A stretch of 64,000 nucleotides of DNA from Octopus sinensis (GCF_006345805.1 NC_043006.1:94860001-94924000), one strand, 5' to 3'; counted from the stretch's first letter, positions 42,287 through 54,371 are shown. A program made the numbers and translations. The notes: a model not told the origin generated them from the sequence alone.

Positions 42287-43000
42287 TCAAGTCACCCCAT
42301 AAGTTCTGTCTGATTTCACCTTTTTTTTAAATTTTTAATAGTATTTTAGAATGTCTAATGGAATTTAAAATTATTTTTATTCATTTGTGTACAATTAAAC
42401 TAATTAAATATTGTTTTACAGAATAATAGCATTAACATTTCTTTGATTAAAATCCTTTCTAACATGGAAGTCTCCAAAGTGCATTTGAGGCACATAATGC
42501 TTTATGAGTACAAAAAAGGAGACACTGCAGCTGAGGGGACTCGAAACATACACTCAGTTTATGGGGAAGAATGCTTGAATGAAAGAACTTGCAGAAGATG
42601 GTTTGTAAAATTCAGAAGCGGAGATTTTAGCCTTGAAAATGAAGATCGAACAGGACGTCCAGTTGAGTTTGATGATAAAATCCTTGAGGCATTACTTGAA
42701 GGAAATCCTGCATTATCAGTTGAAGAATTGGAAATAAAGCTTAATTCAAACCATACAACTGTTCATCGTCATCTTCAACAACTTGGAAAGGTTCCTAAAC
42801 TTGGAAAATGGGAGCCTCATGAATTGTCCGAAAGCAACTGAAAATCTCGAGTTGACATCTACTCTTCTCTCCATTCTCATGAACTCATTTCACTCTTTTT
42901 GGATAGACTTGTGACTGGTGAAGAAAAATGGATCTTCTATCAAAATGTTAAACGTCGTAAACAGTGGCTTGATAAAAGGCAAAAAGCTCAACCACAACCG
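42287..43000 (+). mobile_element. 3'-truncated mariner; transposase N-terminal half from 42464
   Basis: LRHIMLYEYKKG, RTCRRWFVKFRSGDFSLENEDRTGRP, KLGKWEPHEL, stop, then RLVTGEEKWIFY; left end follows TA. Confidence 0.88.
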
Positions 43001-43508
43001 AATTCCTGTACTTGTAATTGCATCCTTACTCATTCGGTATTACTTTTTTCTCCCACATACATCGTAATGTTCAATTGCAGCACATCTGACCTGTTAGCGT
43101 CTGTTCATTCGGTGTAGAAAGTCTGTATACCAAACACCCAATGACGGGAAAACGACAGAAAACAGTAGAAAACATTAGAATGGATATAGATGTGTGTAGA
43201 TGCATATGTACATACTTGTATATATATATATAATATATATATATATATGCATATATATATCATATATATATGTACGTATATATATATATATGTATATATG
43301 TATGTATATATATATATGTGTATATATGTATGTATATATATATATATATACATATGAGTATATATATATATGTATATATATGTAGGTATACATGTAGATA
43401 GATATATATATATATCAATATATATACATAAATATGTGTTTTTATATATATATATGTATATATATATGTGTGTGTTTGTATGTATATATATATATGTGTG
43501 TGTGTGTG

Positions 43509-43600
<92 letters not shown>

Positions 43601-44190
43601 ATTCACACATATAAATGTAGATAGATTAGTAGATAGACAGTTATATGGATCAATAGATCGATAGACAGCTCAATCGATAGTTAGATAACTACATACCTAC
43701 CCGCCTACCTGCATACGTACGTGCTTGCTTACTTACATACATAATACATACATACGTACGTACCTTACACGCGTAAATCTATTTATGGTATTTGCGCTGA
43801 TGGATTATTCCACAGTACAACACCAGAAGTCGTGTCTCAAGAATTGAAATAATTCAACTGAATCCATTATCAATATTTCTTCTTTTGCCTTTAACACGAT
43901 TCCTCGGTCGGACATATTGGAAATATTGGGAATTAATAGAAAGCTACAAATTATGAACGTTTTTCATTTTTTTCCTTTTCTGTGAGGTTTCCTTCTATTT
44001 CATTCTATTTCATTATTTACATGTTGTTTACTTTCTCATTGTTTGTGCATGTGCATGTGTGTGTGCGTGTCTATTGTTGCAGCAATCCATTCCTTCTTGC
44101 TCTTTCTTACAGTACCAAGAACTCATTGATGCAGCAAATCGTAGAAATAGGTTGCCCGTCATCCATTTGTACACCCCACCATCCCTCAAG

Positions 44191-44226
<36 letters not shown>

Positions 44227-44339
44227 ACATATATATATGTATATACATATACAAACACGTACACATGTGTGAAGCTATGTAAGTATGAAGTTATTTGATT
44301 GTATATTTCTTTATTGATTACGTAGGTATGCATTTATTT

Positions 44340-44401
44340 TCATACAAACATACAGACAGACAGGTACATAGATAGATATGTAGACAGACAGATAGACAGA
44401 T

Positions 44402-44444
<43 letters not shown>

Positions 44445-44518
44445 TTGATAGACAGATAGATAGATAGTCAGACAGATAGATAGAAAGATAAATAGACAGA
44501 CAGATAGATAGATAGATG

Positions 44519-44604
<86 letters not shown>

Positions 44605-44700
44605 AAGATGGATGGAGAGATGGATCGATGGATAGATGGATGGATGGATAGACAGAGAGACAGACAGTCAGATAGAGAGAGATATAGATAGATAGACAAA
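44340..44700. repeat. (GATA)n/(GACA)n/(GA)n/(GATG)n microsatellite
   Basis: Visible directly. Confidence 0.95.
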
Positions 44701-45180
44701 CACTTATGATGTATAATATAGATAGCGTTTCCTAAACTTGCGGAGGTTTTTCGTGCGTCAATAACTTTTGAAGTTGCGGGGGAAAAGACAGCAGAATCGC
44801 ATTCACTCAACGCACGTAAAACTATACGAAAATATGGAAACCTCACAAAGAAAATCTTTATACCTTGTAGCTCTCTATTAATTTCCAATATTCATCTCCC
44901 ATACCGACAGGTAAATTACAAATAGGAGATAGATATACGCAGCCAGGTTATTGTTATAAACTAGCTTCTGCCTTCTTTGGATTTGTTTATATTCTTTTTC
45001 TTTTCTTTTTGCAGTACTTTTATTCCAATTCCTTGCTTTTTCTGCTTTTAGCGCACAGCTGAACGCAGTTCTCTGTGTGCCTTGCCTAAGTTCTCTCGAT
45101 TGGTTTACTTTAGCTTCTTTTATTAAATATCATGTTGAATGTATTCTATGAATCATACTTACAATATTTAGGTCTAGTAT

Positions 45181-45480
45181 GGCGGCAAGCTAGCAGAATC
45201 GTTAGCAGGCCGAACAAAATGCTTAGTGTGGCATTTGTTCCGTTTTTACGTTCTGAGTTCAAATTCCACCGAGATCAACTTTGCCGTTCATCGTTTCTGG
45301 ATCGATAAGATAAACAGCAGTCAAGCACTGTGGTCGATATAATCGACCGTCAACTTTCCTCAAATTATCAGGCCTTGCACCTATAGCAGAAACGAATGTT
45401 TTGTTCTAGCATCAAGGCAGTGCGCTGGCAGAATCGTATAACACGCCGGGTAAAATGCTTAGCGTCATTTCTTCCAAGTT
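45181..45480 (+). mobile_element. Two tandem SINE family B copies
   Basis: GGCGGCAAGCTAGCAGAATCGTTAGC head, GAGTTCAAATTCC B-box; second head at ~45415. Confidence 0.75.
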
Positions 45481-46034
45481 TACAGATTAGTAGCACCTGA
45501 CAGAGGTAATTAGCATGACACGGAATTACTGTCCCCCGTAGAAAGTTTGCTCATAGACATCCCAACGGATTCAGAGTAAGTGAGGACCATCTGTTCTTTA
45601 GTCGTTCATCCAAAGGGGAGATAACTCTATGCAAATATTGCATCCCGATAACGGTTTGTGACTCATGTTGCACCAAACCAAGGACGAGAATGTGGGACTG
45701 GCTCTCCACGAACCATGCCCAGTATACTTGTATTCATTGTGTATGTGAATATTATTTATTCATGGCTGCGATTGGTGTGAGCAATACTTCTTGAATTTAA
45801 CATAAAACGTACCAGTTAATCAGGGCACCAGTACCAACACCATTACGCGCTCCTCATAAGTGGCGATAGGTAAAATGACGAAGATAAGCAGAGAATGTCA
45901 CAGGAAGTCTTCAGCTTTGACCCTGCACAATGGCTGCCATAGGGTGACAGTCGTTATAAAGTTGTTTCTTTCTGAGCCTTCATTCTTCGAAGCGACGAGG
46001 GAGTTCATCACTGCGCAAAATATATATGAATATA

Positions 46035-46235
46035 TTACAGTTCTATATTTAAAACATGAGGAATTATGTACATTATTTACATTATTTATATTTGACGGAT
46101 ATTTGTCTTCATCTTGTTTGTTGTTAACACAACGTTTCGGCTGATAAACCCTCCAGCCTTCATCAATAGTCTTGGGGAAATTTTGAACCAGGGTTCTCAT
46201 TCTTAAGGTATTTTTCGATGCTCTTTTTGTTGTTA
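46035..46235 (-). mobile_element. 3' half of a tRNA-headed SINE-like element with hammerhead motif (46125-46170)
   Basis: Minus strand TTGATGA-A-GGCTG(GAGGGTTTAT)CAGCC-GAAA-CG-TT-GTGTT; ends in (TAAATAATG)n; homolog at 6180-6361. Confidence 0.7.
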
Positions 46236-46240
46236 TTATA

Positions 46241-46299
<59 letters not shown>

Positions 46300-48235
46300 T
46301 TTTTTTTTCTTCTTTCAAATTTTCTTCCATTTCTTGCCGAGTGTCTTCCCGACTCCTAGGGCAGAGAAACTCATAGTATACATTGGTAGGCCATTAAACC
46401 AAACTCAGTAGTTCGTTCATTCTTTTTTTTTTTTTTTTAGTTAAATTAAAATACATGAGCAGCAACAGTTCTCACATCGACAATGCTCTTCTCAATACGT
46501 GTGATGTACCAGTTAAGACAATCTTTTGCACTTCTTGCAGGGATGGTAAGCCAGGGATCATTCTCATATAATTTTCGGTTCCCTTCTTGATCATTCCTAG
46601 TGCTCCTACGATCACTGGTATTGTAACCGCCTTGAGATGCCACATTTTCTCAATTTCAATGAGTAGGTCTTTATATTTTCTGAGCTTGTCAAACTCTTTC
46701 GCTGAGATATTATGATCACAGGGGATGCTCATGTCGATCAATAAGCAAACTTTATTGTTTTGGTCTTTCACAACAATATCTGGTTTATTGGCCTTGATGG
46801 TTCGGTCTGTATGTACTGGAAAGTCCCACAGAATGGTTACATTTTCTCCTTCAGTTACAGCCTCAGGGTGGTGATTATACCACTTGTCGGCAGTTTTGAT
46901 ATTGTAATGCCGACTTATTAGCCAGTGGAGATATTGGCCAACTCTGTCATGTCTTAATTTATACTCCACTGGTGCTAAGACTTTACATCCAGAGATTAGG
47001 TGGTCCACTATTTCAATCATGTCGTTGCAGAATCGGCATTTTGGGTCTGCCCCATTTTTCATCACATTGGCCTGGTATTTCCGGGTTGATAGGCTTTGGT
47101 CTTGAGCAGCCAGGATGAAACCTTCGCTCTCTGCTTTTAGCCCTGAGCTCCGCAGCCACTGATGGGTTTGCTTCTGGTCAGCATCAGCTTGTTTGCTGCG
47201 GGTCACATATTTGCCGTGCAGAGGTTTCTCCTCCCACCTATCAGCCAATTGCTCGTGCGCTTTTTTCATTGCCATCATTTTCACCTTCTTTGCAACAATA
47301 GTTGCCGTACTTCCCTCGGGTTGTTCAGTTTGGGTATCCTGCGCGAGATCAATAGCAAATTTTTTGCTTTCCTTGATGATAGAATGAAGCTTCTTTCGTC
47401 TCTAGTGATTTTCCACGAGCTTTAGCATTTCGAGATATTTGGCCAGTCCAATTGTGGTTGTTTTGTAAGCTAGTTCAAATTGGATCAGGCCTCGACCTCC
47501 TTGGGCTCTGGGAAGGTAAAGGCGATCTACGTCTGCCTTTGGGTGGTGCATCCTATTACAACTCAGCAGCTTGCGTATTTTTCTATCTATATTCTTTACT
47601 TCACTCATATTCCAGTTCAACACATTGTAGCTATAAGTAACAACTGGAACTGCTAGGGAATTTATAGCTAACACCTTGTTACGTGCATTTAGTTCAGATT
47701 TCAGGACTGCACGAACTCTCCTATAACATTCCTTCCTGATTTTCTCTTTCATGCTTGCATGCTGAATATCAGAGCCTTCATTTATCCCTAAATATTTGTA
47801 TGTTTGTTCTTGCTCAAGCTCTCTTATGACTGTGTCAACATCTAACACGACTGAATTTGTGGTCTTCACTTTCCCTTCTGGAAAGTGGCCTTGGCACACT
47901 TCTCAAGTCCAAACTCCATCCCGATGTCATCGCTGAATGCTTTCACGGTGCGCAATAGGCCTTCAAGTTCATTATTGTATTTACCATAAAGTTTTAAGTC
48001 ATCCATATAAAATAGATGGCTTATTTTTTTATTGGCAATTTTATACCCATACCCTGTTCTGTTTAATTCACTTGTAAGGGGTATTAGGGCTATGCAGAAT
48101 ATTAAAGGTGAAAGTGAGTCACCTTGAAAAATTCCACAGTTGATGTTTATATTTTCTGAGGCAAGTACTCCATTAGAGTGGTATAATTGGAGATTCGTAT
48201 TCCACAACGACATATTGTGCTTCAGATGTTTGTAT
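46300..48235 (-). mobile_element. R4-clade (Dong-like) non-LTR retrotransposon, RT plus RLE, disrupted
   Basis: GIFQGDSLSPLIF, SHLFYMDDLKLY, FGLEKCA, YKYLGI, LYLPRAQGGRGL, KPLHGKY, EGFILAAQDQ, CRFC..HLISGC, RHD, NKPDIVV, K..KYKDL; 3' end abuts (TAA)n. Confidence 0.92.
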
Positions 48236-48697
48236 GTCCAGTTAGAAGAACAGGTGTGTTTTGCAATAAAGAGTATATGTTTACATTTATATTTGAATAT
48301 TCTGGGAGGAAGCAAAGAAAAGTCAGATTTTCATAGAAAGTTTTAGGGTTTTGCAAGTCCACAAAAAGAAAAGCGTGATGTTTTTAGAGAGAAGAAAAAA
48401 AAGGGTGCTTACAGAGGCAGTTGTGGGTATTAAAGTTTTTAAAGCCGATCGGATGTATGTTTGAAAGCTGCAGATATGTAAATTTGTAAATTTCTTAACC
48501 CACTTTGAAGATAATTTCAAATACTCACGAGGTATTGTAGATGTTCCAGTCTTTGAGAGTTATTTTTCCCCGTTGCTAAACTGGCCCATATTAGTGTTTC
48601 TATGGCTTTCAGCCACCGAACTGTCAGAGCAGCGAGGAACACGTCCAGCCGCTGTCAAGGCTGGCGCTCTATTCTTCTTCTTCTTCTTCTTCTTCTT

Positions 48698-48794
<97 letters not shown>

Positions 48795-48796
48795 TT

Positions 48797-49356
48797 ATTG
48801 AGTGAGAGAGCAGCGCATGCCATCAAAGTGACACGGGGGTGAAATATACGAAGCCCAGTATACCCATCATGACTACCCGTCTGATAAGGGTACACCAGGC
48901 ACATGCATCACAACCATATGTGCGCGACATGGTGATCTCATATCAAGATAAGCAGCACATGACCTTGCAGGTGGGGACCAGTTAGAATTTTCTTCAGGTT
49001 GAGTAACCCATCCCGCTCAAAAGGTCCCTGAATAAGGGTTGTTTAAGGATGATGAACGAAACACTCATGTTTCCAAAGGTGAATTATTCAAACCCCAAAG
49101 AATTCCTCTCAACACATGGCTATGATGCTCCCCAACTACTACTGCTCATGATCCGAGATGCACATATCATCAACCACTAAGGGACATGCTCAACTGGTTA
49201 TGGTCAAACAACTGACAAGCAAATCTGTGGTATTGAGCAGAATATTTGCTGTAGCTCATCTTTTATACCAAGACAAAACAATGTATATGATAGCACTTCC
49301 AATCAGTTAAGATCAAGAGCCATGAGAGCCACGGCCTGGTACTGCATCAGGGCATT
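48797..49356. mobile_element. ~560-bp non-coding element flanked on both sides by (TTA)n
   Basis: GC-balanced unique sequence sharply bounded by (TTA)n tracts; no recognisable ORF. Confidence 0.5.
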
Positions 49357-49364
49357 TATTATTA

Positions 49365-49408
<44 letters not shown>

Positions 49409-49409
<1 letters not shown>

Positions 49410-49479
49410 GGTCACTGCTTGGCATCGAACTCGGAATCTTGGGGCTTAGTAGCCCGTACTCTTAACCAATACGCCATAC
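49409..49479 (-). mobile_element. tRNA-like SINE head (5' half of the element continuing at 46235)
   Basis: Minus strand TGGCGTATTGG (A box), GGG-CTACTAA-GCCC anticodon-like arm, GAGTTCGATGCC (B box), then GACCTT(AAT)n. Confidence 0.7.
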
Positions 49480-49615
49480 GACGGAGATAAACAGAGAATG
49501 CCACATGAAGTCATCGGCTTTCGCCAAGCATAGTGGCTGCCATAGGGTGACACTCATCAAATAAACATTTTTACCGATATCGATAAAAATACCTATTTCA
49601 TGAGTGTTGTTGCTT

Positions 49616-49707
49616 ATATCTTTCCTGATGAGATTGATGCATAGCTGATGATAGTTCTTCCTGTCCGATGTATTTTGAATGCATCTATCGAAACATGTAG
49701 AAGATAT
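49616..49707 (+). ncRNA. Hammerhead ribozyme motif with intact core and long stem II
   Basis: ATATCTTTC-CTGATGA-GATTGATGCAT...ATGCATCTATC-GAAA-CATG-TA-GAAGATAT; GUA site at 49697-49699, palindromic ACATGT. Confidence 0.8.
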
Positions 49708-49917
49708 GAAGATATAAATGTTTTAATAATATCTCAGCGTTTGTCTCCTTCAATTTTTCCTATATTCTCCTAAATACGACTTATTTATCCCGGAATCAAA
49801 CCTCGCACAAGTATGATCATTGTTTCCAAGGACACTTAAGCTACATTTAGCTACATTGTAATCATTGTAATCATTCCCTTGGACCTTTCCTATAACTTGC
49901 ACACTTATATATATATA

Positions 49918-50309
49918 CTAGCAGTATCGCCCGGCGTTGCTCGGGTTTGTAAGGAAAATAATTATATATGCATTTTTAGAGATGTAAAGTATAATAGCCA
50001 TCTCAATATGGCTAACCACAAAGGGGGAGGGGTGTTACTGTAGCTTTTTACGTTCTGAGATCTAATAATAAATTTTAGAGAGTTACTTCCCTTATATATG
50101 TCAAAAATGGATTAAAAATGGGAAAAATTGATGGTAAATTTTTTTTTAAATCGTAGACTCATCGTAGACGCGCGCTAATACCCAGACGGTTTCGATATGA
50201 ATCACGACTATAAGATACCCGGTTTTGGTTAAACTGCACCGCAAAATGTGGGAGTAGTTAGGAATCTAAATCGTAGGAGACAGACACACAACCTCACTTT
50301 TATATATAA
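49918..50309 (-). mobile_element. Non-autonomous Helitron-like element
   Basis: Minus-strand 3' end has GC hairpin CCCGAGCAACGCCGGG, 8 nt, then CTAG|T; the other end is ..CAGACACAC..TTTTATATAT. Confidence 0.7.
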
Positions 50310-50476
50310 AAATTTCCTCTATTTACATAATATTGAGGTCTTTTTCTTTCTTTTGTTATCTTACTGTTTTTACCAATATACATATATATATATATAAATA
50401 TATATATAGTTACAGAGATGTACTTGCATAGCAAGTGACTTGATCTGAGATCGTGTGCTGGAACGAAAACAGTTGG

Positions 50477-50627
50477 ATTCACTTCAACATTTAAATTTAA
50501 TTTGTCAAAATATTTTCATCGCTTTGAGACCGCGACCTGTTAGCACGATATTTTTGTCAGTGAACAGGTCGCGGTCTCAAAGCGACGAAAATATTTTGGC
50601 AAATTAAATTTAAATGTTGAAGTGAAT
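50477..50627. repeat. 65-bp-arm inverted repeat overlapping a variant hammerhead
   Basis: 50477-50541 versus 50563-50627, two mismatches. Confidence 0.92.
50553..50603 (+). ncRNA. Hammerhead-like motif with G3:C8 core swap
   Basis: TTTGTCA-GTGAACA-G-GTCGC(GGTCTCAAA)GCGAC-GAAA-ATAT-TT-TGGCAAA. Confidence 0.65.
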
Positions 50628-50769
50628 GTAACGGTTTTTGTGTGTTTCTTAAATGGCTTACAAACACCTTCCACGCTGCAATATATATATACACACATAT
50701 ATATATATGTATGTATGTATGTATGTGTGTATATGTGTATGCATGTATGTGTATGTGTGTGCGTGTCTG

Positions 50770-50980
50770 TGCTTGTGATTGTCCTCCACCACTGCTTGAC
50801 AACGAATGTTGGTTTGTTTACATCCCTGTCACCTAGTGGTTTGACAAAGGAAACAGATAGAATAAGTACAATGCTTACAAAAATAAAAGTGGAGTTGATT
50901 CATTAAACTACAATTCTTCAAGGCATTGCCCCAGCATGGCCACAGACCAATGGCTGGAAAAAGCAGAAGAATAAAAGAAT
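50770..50980 (+). mobile_element. SINE family A 3' half
   Basis: GCTTGACAAC..GATAGAATAAGTAC..CCCCAGCATGGCCACAG. Confidence 0.7.
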
Positions 50981-51046
50981 ACATTCTCTGCTTTGATCTT
51001 ATGTTCAAGGTATGAGAAAGCTTGAGTTTACATGAGAAGGCCTAAC

Positions 51047-51418
51047 AGACCTGGTAGAAACAGCAGCCAAATCTCCCTCAAATCACACCTTACTGTCTTA
51101 TGTATGTATATATATATGAGCTAATGAGGGGGACCTCTACATGGTAGCTAGACCTGGTAGAAATAGCAGCCAAATTTCCCCCAAATCACACCTTACTGTC
51201 TTATCTATGTATATATGTATGTATGAGCCTATGAGGGAGACCCCTACATGGCAGCTAGACCTGGTAGAAATAGCAGCCAAATTTCCCCCAAATCACACCT
51301 TACTGTCTTATCTATGTATATATGTATGTATGAGCCTATGAGGGAGACCCCTACATGGCAGCTAGACATGGTAGAAATAGCAGCCAAATCTCCCTCAAAT
51401 CACACCTTACTGTCTTAT
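51047..51418 (+). repeat. 107-bp minisatellite, ~3.5 copies
   Basis: Unit AGACCTGGTAGAAATAGCAGCCAAATTTCCCCCAAATCACACC..; ORF starts at 51141, 51248 and 51355 are 107 apart. Confidence 0.92.
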
Positions 51419-51564
51419 CATTCTGCTACTTGGATATAGGTGTTATATTCGTCGTAAAAAACTTTCCTGTCACACACTCACGCACACGCACACACACACA
51501 CACACACGCACCCTCACACACACACACACGCGCACACCCACACACACCCACTCACACACACGCA

Positions 51565-51930
51565 CGTTAGCTTACAATTTTATTTATATATTTGCGTGTC
51601 TATGTGTTGAAAGAGGAAGTGGGAGGCAGAGTGAAAGAATCACTCACTACAGTAAGTCAATTACTTTCATTTTATTCGTTGCCCACTGTGTGTGTGCGTT
51701 TGCGTGTGGTGTAAAGCAGACTAAGAAAAGCATTTGACACACACACCAGAATGTGAGTTTTCTGTAAATTTTGCTTAATTGGAGTTTAAATTTTAAAAAC
51801 TGGACCTGGCATGACGCGATGCATTGTACTCTTAAAAATGCGAGGTAAATTGTAATTGAAGAAATCCTATATTGTAGATTTGTATAACTCCCAAAGGGAG
51901 GCAGATATAAATCTGCCTTTTATAATAAGA
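51565..51930 (-). mobile_element. Possible Helitron-like 5' fragment
   Basis: Minus strand begins TCTTATTATAAAAGGCAGAT-TTAT-ATCTGCCT (5' TC plus hairpin). Confidence 0.35.
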
Positions 51931-51950
51931 TATATATATATATATATATA

Positions 51951-52360
51951 GGCGCAGGAGTGGCTGTGTGGTAAGTAGCTTGCTAACCAGCCACATGGTT
52001 CGGGTTCAGTCCCACTGCGTGGCATCTTGGGCAAGTGTCTTCTACTATAGCCCCGGGCCGACCAATGCCTTGTGAGTGGATTTGGTAGACGGAAACTGAA
52101 AGAAGCCTGTCGTATATATGTATATATATATATAAGTGTGTGTGTATATGTTTGTGTGTCTGTGTTTGTCCCCCTAGCATTGCTTGACAACCGACTCTGT
52201 TGTGTTTACGTCCCCGTCACTTAGCGGTTCGGCAAAAGAGACCGATAGAATAAGTACTGGGCTTACAAAGAATAAGTCCCGGTGTCAATTTGCTCGACTA
52301 AAGGCGGTGCTCCAGCATGGCCGCAGTCAAATGACTGAAACAAGTAAAAGAGTAAAAGAG
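51951..52360 (+). mobile_element. SINE family A, full length
   Basis: Closely similar to 22377; tail (GTAAAAGA)n. Confidence 0.9.
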
Positions 52361-52734
52361 TATATATAATATATATATATATATATATAAAGTATCTAGT
52401 AGTCATAGTCGCAAGACCTTAGGTTCATAGCAACATAAGGAAGAGTAATATTTTGTCGCTTCCAGCCGTCTTGACAGAAACTGAGTAGCAGCCCATCAGA
52501 TGGATTACAACATATTATTCAAAGTTACAGCTTTCTCACACTACGTCATGCTGGTTCGGATAAGATTTACGTCAATTAGCACATCTGTAAATTCTCAGCC
52601 TATTACATTCTAATTCAATGTAGTTTAATTGATCGAATAACCTAAAAACTGATATTTAGAAATTTTAACGAACATGCATTTAATACCCATCCATTTAGTT
52701 TCTTCGTCCATTATTCTGGGAAGGGTCGTTGGTG

Positions 52735-52769
52735 TATTATTATTATTATTATTATTATTAATATGATTA

Positions 52770-52801
<32 letters not shown>

Positions 52802-52802
52802 G

Positions 52803-52836
<34 letters not shown>

Positions 52837-52865
52837 CATCATCATCATCATCATCGTCATCATCA

Positions 52866-52925
<60 letters not shown>

Positions 52926-52958
52926 GCCTCATTGTTATCATTATTATTATTATTATTA

Positions 52959-53004
<46 letters not shown>
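52735..53004. repeat. (TTA)n/(TCA)n microsatellite
   Basis: Visible directly. Confidence 0.95.
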
Positions 53005-53007
<3 letters not shown>

Positions 53008-53455
53008 TAGTTTTATTTTTATAGCGTGCTTTCACTTCACTACCGAGCGCAGCTCTGTGTGCCTTGGGTATGTGCTGTGATTTGTTGTGATGCTCTGATG
53101 GTTATTGTATGGAAAGTGTTCTGCGTAGGATGTGTGTAGTGCCTAGTAGTGCAATTTTCTGTGTGTTATATGTGTTTGTAAGTCCTGGTGTTTTTGTTAT
53201 GTATTTGTCTGAATATTTTTTTATCATGCCTAATGCACCTACTATGATAGTAATTGTTTCTGTTTTTAGATTCTACATTCTGGTTACCTCTATTTCCAGG
53301 TCTTTGTAGTTTGAAAGTTCCTCCATTTCTTTTAGAGACACGTTGTCATCTGCCGGTATTGATACATCAATTAGAAAGCATTTTTTCTTCATGATCCATG
53401 ACAACTATATCTGGTTTGTTGGCCTTAATTTCTCTATCTGTGTGTATCGTGTGTA
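53005..53455 (-). mobile_element. R4/Dong 3' fragment (RLE domain), second subfamily
   Basis: HTDREIKANKPDIVV..FLIDVSIPADDNV..YKDLEIEV..IVGALGMIKK..QKIALLGTTHILRRTLS. Confidence 0.85.
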
Positions 53456-53469
53456 ATTTCTCTATCTGT

Positions 53470-53554
<85 letters not shown>

Positions 53555-53558
<4 letters not shown>

Positions 53559-54200
53559 GTTTGACTTTTGCTTTTCATTTGTACAAGGTTGCTCCTAGTC
53601 ACACCAAGAGACCTCAAGAGACAACAAGTTAGAAGTTTATATTCGTGTCATGCTTAGGGTGCCATATTTGTCTTTGTACATAGTGTTCTAGGAAATGTTT
53701 AAGAAACCATAAGAAAATTATGTGTCTGTTTTAAAATTTGAGATTACATAGACAGTATTTTATGTAGGATATGAGCAGTTCCCACGAGCACTATTTTTTG
53801 AATTTCTGCCATTTTGGGGTTTCCTGATATCTGAGCTAGGTAACAATCAGCCTGTTTTGCTATCATTGCTAGGACACCTATGACAATAGGTATTGTTTTA
53901 GTCTTCAGGTCCCACATTTTCCTAATTTCTTGTTCAAGATCTTAATATTTGCTCAGTTTCTGGTAGGTCTTCACACATACGTTCATGTCGATTGGGACAG
54001 TCATATCAATGAGGAGGCACGATTTTTATCTGAAGTCTCTCAATATGATGTCTGGCCTATTTGCATCTTTTTTTCTGCCAGTATAAATGGTGAAGTTCCA
54101 GAGGAGTGAGATGTGCCCAATTCCAAGCTATGAAGGTGGTTTGTGTTCTCACCAGTTCTTATCATGGGGCTAGTCCAATTTTGTCTGCACAGTGCTCTAA
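53555..54200 (-). mobile_element. R4/Dong 3' fragment (RLE domain), third subfamily
   Basis: ANRPDIILRD..LLIDMTVPIDMNV..DLEQEIRKMWDLKTKTIPIVIG..IQKIVLVGTAHILHKILSM. Confidence 0.85.
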
Positions 54201-54224
54201 CAAATCTGACAATTCACTGTTCTG

Positions 54225-54340
54225 AGTAGTAATAATAATACCCCCACCACCACCACCACCACTGCCAACAACAACAACAGCAACAAGAACGACAACAACA
54301 ACAACAACAATAATAATATAATAATAATAATATAATAATA

Positions 54341-54371
<31 letters not shown>

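Noticed and set aside
44725-44916. Open frame ending at CAG|GTAAAT as a possible exon
   Set aside because: No polypyrimidine acceptor and no recognisable protein.
48590-48672. HDV-like ribozyme on the minus strand
   Set aside because: A P1-like helix and TCCTCG are present, but P2 and P3 could not be paired convincingly.
49409-49479. Genuine tRNA gene
   Set aside because: No acceptor stem and a broken anticodon stem; interpreted as a SINE head, as are the other A/B-box matches.
51047-51418. Regularly spaced repeats as a possible CRISPR array
   Set aside because: Whole units repeat with no unique spacers; eukaryotic context and no cas genes.
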